A stretch of 63,898 nt of DNA, the filler included, from Choristocarpus tenellus KU-1152 (Eukaryota; Protista; Phaeophyceae), in assembly GCA_964200185.2 (NCBI GenBank). It is 9 parts of 9 records of this genome, joined end to end, with 100 filler letters (N's around TTAATTAATTAA, not from the genome) between each part and the next. Parts side by side here need not be neighbours in the genome. Positions count along the whole stretch, not along the records: positions 49,424 to 57,129 come from CAXNAD020005718.1; positions 57,230 to 63,898 come from CAXNAD020007606.1; 7 more parts are not named here. One strand, 5' to 3'. Below the pieces are notes generated by a model. The model had not been told where the DNA came from, searched no databases, and worked only from the letters and a program-made list of their open reading frames with translations. Shown piece after piece: positions 56,081 to 63,898 of this stretch. A program made the translations under genes and the position numbers. Numbering within the stretch: the first letter of the stretch is position 1; each line of letters begins with the position of its first letter.

Positions 56081-56970
56081 ACCCCAAGAATCTAACAAGT
56101 CCCTCCTTGCCAATCTCCCTGGTGTCTCCAGCTTAAAACACATGACACATCTAGATAGAGCTACCTGTGTTGTGGCAGACACTATCTGTCGTAGACAGGA
56201 TTTGACAGCCCCCTTCCTGCCATTAATCTCCTGTCCCTCTCCCCCAAACCATGTGCGTAACTAGCTCATCCAGAAAACGTTCCACTGCTTGCCGAGCCGC
56301 CCAAAAATTTCCACCATGAAGGTGTTGAGGTTATAACTACAAGGGTCACACTAGCCCTGGTAGTGGGTGCGCTTTCGCGCCTCAGCTACAACAGCAGCTA
56401 CACCATTGCTGGTATGAGTTGAAAAATTATTTTTGATAGGTAGGACATAGTATGAAGGTATAGCAAGTATTGTGTTGAGATCGTTGGAATGGGATAGAGA
56501 TTACATATCTCTGGGGAAAACAGTGATTTTGGGTTTTTTTTAGTAAGTCAGCTTATTCTTTTCCTGGGAGAAACTTTATTTTAAAAGACTTGTGTGGATA
56601 TATACATAGGGTGGTGGTGTTGGGAGTGATAGGGGACTCGGGAAATACAATAGTTACTGTCAGGATTGACGAAGTATTTTGACGTATATGGCGCAGAAGG
56701 GATGAAAAAAAAAAGAGACCAGAGACACTCGGTGAGTTCTATTCATGGCAGATACGGAATAATAATACGTATTTGGGAGTAAATATAGAATCGCTGTTAA
56801 AGTTAGGGGGAAGGTATGACTTAGAAGAAGCTGATTTCTGTTCAAAAGGGTTGAATATTTATTTATTATTATGCCCTCTCACATTTTGTAGATGTGTCAG
56901 GGAAAACCATTGAATATTATTCACAAGTCAGAATAATCCCCCTAAGAAAGTAACCGTTGTCATAAATGTG

Positions 56971-57095
56971 AGGCTCTAAGTATCTTGGGGTGGGTGGGGG
57001 CTGTCCATTTAGGGCCCATTTGGTTGCATGTGTCGGATGGATAATGTAAGTGCACTTTTCCTGGTCAGGGTCCAAATGGACATCCTGGTGTAGAC

Positions 57096-57128
<33 letters not shown>

Positions 57129-57129
57129 T
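56971..57129. mobile_element. MITE family A at a contig end (other partial or gapped copies at 12653, 31348, 31520, 39046, 49233, 57295, 60660-60891, ~61312-61584, 63826)
   Basis: Same TIR and internal sequence; contigs break in the G/C runs. Confidence 0.85.
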
Positions 57130-59873
57130 NNNNNNNNNNNNNNNNNNNNNNNNNNNNNNNNNNNNNNNNNNNNTTAATTAATTAANNNNNNNNNNNNNNN
57201 NNNNNNNNNNNNNNNNNNNNNNNNNNNNNAGTTTGGGTCAAGCTCATCCTCAATGAAAAGCTCCATCCTTATTTTTTGAAATCTGCTGTTAAATGCACTT
57301 TCCCGATTTTGGTCCAAATGGACACCCTGGCGTAGAACCCCCTCCCCCCCTCAGATACTTTGGGTCAGTTGAAGATATTGCGTTATCGAATTTGCAGGGG
57401 GTGGTATCCATCCTTGCATGTATGTGTTGCTGATGCAGGGTTGTCGATGACCCCTTCAGTCTTCTTTCTACAGTTTAGTTGTAGAATGTACAGGGCTGAT
57501 TACGATAATAAGTGATAAATGACACTACAGAAAAGTCCGAATATATGAGACACATCCATGAGTAAACCCGTGGTTCACATGGTGTGTGAGGAGGGGAGAC
57601 CTCCATATTTGGTTAAGCTAGAAGGAAGGAAAGGCGAAGATGCCAACGTGAAGTAAATTCACTCTCGTGATAATCGAAATCGCTATCATTAATAACTTGG
57701 AAACATGACTTACAGGGGACGGAAGATACGAGATTTCCATAGAAAGATTGTACAATGAGTAACTGAGCTCCAGCTAGATCCTATATCCCGCATTGCCTGC
57801 TCATTGAACCTTGTGTGTTTCAAACAGATTGGAATTCTGACGACCTGTCGAGAGTTGTATGTGTGCCAAAGAGGTACTACGGAGTATTTATCCATCATAA
57901 TAATTTACAGGGGTCAATCGACTTCTTGTTCTCCCCTGTTGACTTGACAGTGCAATATGTTTTCACTATCAACGACTTCTGAAAAAACAATACACATTAT
58001 GCATGTTTAACACAAAACGGAGGTATTTCCTGCTTCATCATGCTTCTTGAATTCAACTACTGCTTTTCTACTCTCCATTTGATTGACATCCAGTCCCTGC
58101 TCCTCCATTATTGCTTATGCTGACAATCATTTTCCTGCCGCCTTGAACAAAGTGCAATTGTTGGATATGATTTTTCTGTGTATTCTCGGAAAAGATCACT
58201 CATCTCTGATTTGTTCGGCTCCGTCCAGCTTCCATTTCGAGGTATTCCGTCTGAGTACTCGGTTACCTCTCATTTCTCATCCTGTCGCACTTTTTTGACA
58301 GGAGTACCCATTGGAACAGGCAATACATATCCACTCATCAGGGCAACAGGCTCTTCAATGGAAGAGAGTACCTATCTGGCACTGTTAGAGTTGAGTCAGT
58401 ATAGGTATATTTTTGGTCCAACGTCAACATGTATCAATCCATCTGTTCTCAACTTTCCCCCCTTTCAATTAATTAAATACACCAATGTCATTTTTTTGTT
58501 TGTGTTCTTATATTTATCATGTAAAAAATGTTGAACATATTGTTTTACAATCATATTTGCATTAAAACAACCTTTTGTTCAACATTTCATATTCCATCAA
58601 ATTTCAAATCAACAAGTGGGAAACATATAATACCTGTGTTGCTTCATTAACTGGAAGCATTTTACTGTACTAAGTAATAGAGATTCTTTCCTCTTCCCTA
58701 AAAGTGGTTAATCTACGCCAACAATACTACCAAACCCATTACGTCGTATATCATTTGACGAGGATTTCTTTCTTTTCTAGAATCAATGGAGTATTGATGT
58801 ACGCCGACAATGCTTGATCAAGAATGATACATAAGAGGGCGATCCAATATTGTTTCAATTACTTTACTTTTCGATCGTAACGTAATAATCTTTGCGAGGT
58901 GTGCCCAAGATTTTATATTTCCCAATGACGATAATAACTCTATTACTATTGCTATTCCTATTATTACCTGTCTTCATATTCGTCTGAGGAGTCCCAAGAC
59001 CTGTGGGTGAGAAGAAGGCCATACACACAAATACAGCAAGTAATACAACAGGAAAAACAGAAAGGAGAAGAAACGCGTTGGGACGCCTTCTCTATCTACG
59101 AGGAGGAAAACGGGGAGAACCCATATGTATTGCACTAAATACACACAAAAAATGAGTCAGAAGAGGTCATTGAAGCCTGAAAACAAACACCCATCACACA
59201 CCACGTAAGTAAGTAAAAAAGAGAGGGGAAAAGAGAGACGAAAGAAAAATCAACCCAAAAAGATAAAAATAATATATGCTTTCACCAGACAGTGTTAGTG
59301 GTATTGGTTAGTTGGGCTGCCTTAGGTGCTGTTTTAGTGTTATTTACCTCAGCTTATAATTATCCTACCTGTGGAGGTTGGAGCTAAGGTAACTCGAAAT
59401 CTGCTTTCCCTATCTAGTTATCGGGTGAAGTGGCACCATCTAACCCTCTGCCAAGGTCACCACCTAATCTTCTACGCGTCACTAAACTGTCTAGGCGTAG
59501 CTGTGCTAAAGTGTTGATAAACCATAGGGCTCTTGTAAGGGGTTGATGAGTGGCTCGGAGGGGGTCTTTATTCTATTTGTACGTGTTGTGCTCAACACTA
59601 TGGCCTTGGCTACGGGTACACCTGATCGTATGCTACTAGACTTACAGCACGGTCATGACCACTGGTGTACCTGGCTCTCACTATTTGGCTACCCTAGTGA
59701 ATCTTGTTGCTTGACTACTCTAAGTTGTACCCTGACAAAATTGAAGATGAAAATATTATCTTGACTGAGGTTGTATCTTGTTAAGACCTGGAATTGTTAG
59801 GTGCAATAGACTACTCCTTAGGATTATCCTGTCAATGAGTCTCACCTCCTACCTGACTATCAAGCATATGTAA

Positions 59874-60132
59874 GAGTCAAAGTATTTTAGAGAGTAGAGC
59901 CTCATCCGCTTGGAGGTCAAAATCCACTGTTGCAATTTCGATGTAATTTTGGCTATCGTATTTGTTAGGAAGTGTCAATGTCCTTGTTTCGGACACTCCT
60001 TTTCATAACAAATACTTTTTACCTACTCCGAAACATTTTGGAGTAGGTAAAATGTCATTTAAAACCCGTGGAAAGCCAAGCCCCAAATGGACAAAGAGGC
60101 AAAAACTTGTACTCTCTAAGATACGTTCACTC
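59874..60132. mobile_element. MITE family B
   Basis: 4-bp TSD gtaa/gtaa. Confidence 0.92.
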
Positions 60133-63100
60133 GTAATTCAACAATCTTCATCATATACAAGGTGAAGGCCAACCGTCTATCCGTTCATTCACCTTCCACT
60201 CCATCTGGAGAAAAGCTGGCAGCACAGGTAGATTGATGCATAAGCAGTGACTGGTCGATCTTCTTGTTGCTCTTGCAAGCTTCTGCACCTGTAAACGGCG
60301 TTGGATAAGGAACCTAGCACAGCCAGGGATATCAGTTTGCAAGAAGGAAACTTGGCCCTTCAATTGAACGGCACTCCAGACACACCAGGGTTGGAGAGAG
60401 GTTGGTTTGAGACAACGGCATATTTGCAAGGGTTAGCAACCTGTACGTGAGCAATTTCTGAAGTGGGGCAGATGATGTACACATAATTATATAAGGCGTT
60501 GTCAAGCCTGCATCAAACTAGCTACAGCACGTGACGACAGGAAATAACTAGAACACGCTTCCCTCCCATTCAAAACTTCTTAGCTGAGGTCATCAAAATC
60601 CATTCCGTTATTTCTTCCCTGTTATTGGCTTCATTATGTGCATTGGTTCTGATGAATAGAAATCCAAAGTATCAAGGGGGGGGGGGGGGGGCCTGCACCG
60701 GGGGGCCCATTTGNNNNNNNNNNAGGGGGGGGGGGGTGGGTCTGCACCAGGGTGTCCATTTGGACCATAACCAGGAAAAGTGCTCTAACACATTATCCAT
60801 CCGACGTATGCAACCAAATCACCCAAAAATCATGACATAAAAAAATTGGCCTCAAATGGACAGGTGCCACCCCCCCCGGATTCTTTGACCCAGACGATGG
60901 ACCAACTTGCATTAAAATCTCGTTCCAAATAGGATATACTATTGCCTGTATCCTCACTTGGTCAAGTACAAGTAGAAAGCTAGACACAACAATTTTTCAG
61001 ATTCCACACCGAAATTTCATTCATACAAGATCTGGGGATTGTCTACCGGTTCTTTTGTACTAACTTTGAGACCAGAGTATATATAAACGCAAAGTTACAG
61101 TTTGGTATGGGGAAGAGCCTTCGAGATTTTCCTCTTAATTTCTGGACTTTCGATGATTAGTCTCTGTTGTATCCATTTTGTAACAGACTTGAAGTAAGGT
61201 TGAGCTTAAATACTGGAGGGGTGGATCACGAAGAGCAAAACGTGCTGAGAAAACTACACTCACACAAGTCTTGGGATCCAATCCTTGTTCCCGCTCTAAT
61301 CAGAGAGTGGGGAACCAAAGTATCTGTGGGGGGGGGGGGGGGGGGAAAACAAGGGGGCCGTTTTGGGGGGAAAAAAGGGAANNNNNNNNNNGAGGGGGAG
61401 AAGAGGGGGGGGGGGGGGGGGGGGGGGGGAGGTCTACACCAGGGTGTCCATTTTGGGTCAAAATCAGGAAAAGGTGCATTTATATTATCCATCCGACGTA
61501 TGCAACCAAATCACCCAAAAATCGTGACATAAAAAAATTGGCCCCAAATGGACAGGTGCCACACACACACAGATACTTTGAGCCTGGGGAATGGTTGTTA
61601 TGTTGGCTACCTGAACTTAGACCAGAACAATGACGGCCACGGGTGACCTAGCGCCGATGAGAATGCCCTTTACTACAAGAGCATTTCGTGTGAGTAATTA
61701 AAACATGGTCTAACCTGACTAGCGACTATCAAATTTCAAAGAGAGCACAAGGGCTCGAGAACACAAACGGACAACCACGGTTAAAGAGTAATCAAAGCAG
61801 ATTTTTCCTACTCAAAATTGTAAAGACTAGAGAGGACACAGAGCGAAAGAGGTAACTTTCCCAAGCATAACCGTGAGGTTATCAGGGCCAGGTTGACGTA
61901 CATATTTGGGATAATGCAGTAGCCACAATGCTCAAAAACACATGCTCATAGAGGGTGACTCAAGATGGTATCAGTTTATACCTTTGCTTTGGTAAACTTG
62001 TGTGGTTTCAATTACTTGTTTTGATTTTTTTTGTATCTCAAATGTGGGATGTAATACCACCATCATGTCTCGAATGTTGCTCGTACTTAGATGAGATAAT
62101 ATCCTTTGAATACCGTTATTTCTGATAATATGTTGAAACTTACATTGTGACAACGAAAGTTGAGGCCACCTATTGGCCAGGTTGGGGGGCACATTTCGTA
62201 CTCGCTCTGATTAGGGGGACGCGAATGACAGAATGTACAATGATCAAGTATTACGCAAGGTGAATGGTTAAGTGGAATTTCTAACTTCAAAGTATATATA
62301 TATTTGAACATATTTCTATGTTATGATGATACTACATTTTTAATTTTTGTCACAACTGCTACTTCTTTAGGGATTTTCAGACATGTGAATAGTTCTCATT
62401 AGTTTTCCCCTTGGCAAATCTGAAAAATGTCAGAAGGCACAATAATACACAACAAGATTAGCAATTTCATCACACTCGGAACAAATAATAGTAATATGAT
62501 TGAAACGACATTGGTGTATATATATATTTGAGGTGGGCAACCCAGGATATATAAATTCTTGACAGGACCGGCTTGGAGAAATTGTGATTCAAAAATGCTG
62601 GGTCGGGGTACAAATCAACCAATTTTATTAGGGCCAGGGCCCAGGGCAAGATACCTTTAATAGGGCTCGTCCAGGGCCTTCAAAAATGTAACAGGACATA
62701 GCTGTAAGCTGACCCAGATAAACTGGCAGTTTTGTGTAGAGTCCTGGAATACTTAGTGCTCTGTGAGTGCTCATATGGTTGAGGTGTACTGCGTAATATG
62801 TTCATATAAGTGTCTTCATAGCTCAATAGTCATCTACCGGGTGTCGTTATTGGAATGTGTAGAGGTTTGATATCGGACAAGTCAGGTCCTATTCCATGAA
62901 ATCTGATCTTGATGGTCCTTCTTGTGGCTAGCACAACGTAAACACACATCTATATCTTCCAGTCTGTCACTAGTATACATAATTTACTGTAGAAAGCTTG
63001 ACCCATGTTGGCAAGGCTTCAATTAGGGAAGGTGAGCATCGCAACGACAGGATTTGAGGGAGGAGGCGGGGTGGCAAGTGGTGGGATGGCTGGACCTACT

Positions 63101-63319
63101 GAGCACTACTTCTAGCACAACAGTTTGTTTGAAGATATTGAGACATATTGATAGTGCAGCTGTGTATAATGCCTATGACCAAAGGTTGGGGCTAAGTAGG
63201 GTCGTCTAGGTAGAGGTTTTAAGTCTCAGGCGAAGTGAGATGTGAGACAACAATATTTTAATAGTATTCAAAATTTCAGAACAATAGAGGTAATATTTTT
63301 CACCGGATTGACCGTGGAG

Positions 63320-63638
63320 TATAAAATCAACCAAAAGAGATACTTGTAGCTACAGCTAAACACTATACTTATCGCCAGAGAGTCAAAGTAAGCAAGAGAT
63401 ACGCGGAGAATTGCATTTTAAGAGTGCTGACAAAAAATATGCAAATTATTATTTTTTTCAAAAGCGTACAGGACGCTTTCTGAATTTTGTCGAGAAGTCA
63501 CTAACAATAGAGAAATCAACACTCTCAAGTCAAACTGAGCACTTCCTCCATAGAAATACGGGTGAATTGCAGAAAAACGAAACATTGGCTTGAATGCAAA
63601 ACTGCCAAAACCTGGGCATATATCGCTTACTTTGGCTC
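63320..63638. mobile_element. MITE family C
   Basis: gagtcaaagtaag ... cttactttggctc; aga/aga TSD. Confidence 0.85.
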
Positions 63639-63898
63639 AGACTCCCTGCCTTGCTTTCTCCCTGCAATGCTTTGCCGAGGGTAAATTTGTGACCCAGACT
63701 ATGATTTGTTTTGTTGCTATCTGGCACAGTCCTGGCCTGCCGTCGTCAACATCACTGAAGAATAAACTCTTGGCCACTATAAAGTTTGAAGTTTACCCCA
63801 GACCTACACATATTTGAGTCAAAGGACCCAAAGTATCTGAGAGGGGGGGAGGGTCTACACCAGGGTGTCCATTTGGACCAAAATCAGGAAAAGTGCAT

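Noticed and set aside
57400-63300. Decayed coding-like stretches in the last contig
   Set aside because: Too degenerate to assign without a translated database search.

Overview
Eukaryotic, intron-rich, transposon-dense DNA, most likely from a brown alga or related photosynthetic stramenopile. Evidence: TTAGGG-type repeats, an ASAFAP-like plastid presequence, a flagellar BBS2 gene and a laminarinase-type GH16. The window is 9 short contigs/scaffolds joined by artificial 100-bp linkers (N44-TTAATTAATTAA-N44), so adjacency across a linker is not biological evidence. Spliced partial host genes: a CaMK-like kinase, BBS2 (8 exons), a secreted GH16 beta-1,3-glucanase, a flavin amine oxidase and a plastid-targeted DUF1415-like protein. 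The dominant component is a Sola2-like DNA transposon system. It comprises two long, intron-containing, decayed transposase genes plus about 30 full or partial MITE copies in three families (A, B, C) that share a G-N4-AAAGTA terminus, leave both 3-bp and 4-bp target-site duplications (TSDs), nest in each other and disrupt the transposase exons. The most unusual signal is about a dozen very short (CCCTAA)2-4 tracts. Several are clearly insertions at CCCT/AGGG seeds inside MITE terminal inverted repeats (TIRs), and one lies in a mariner coding remnant, suggesting frequent telomerase-like patching of breaks. Upstream of the first Sola copy are unexplained, apparently coding tandem repeats and an intronless orphan gene with one nonsense codon. 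All family calls are from motif recognition by eye; no database search was run.
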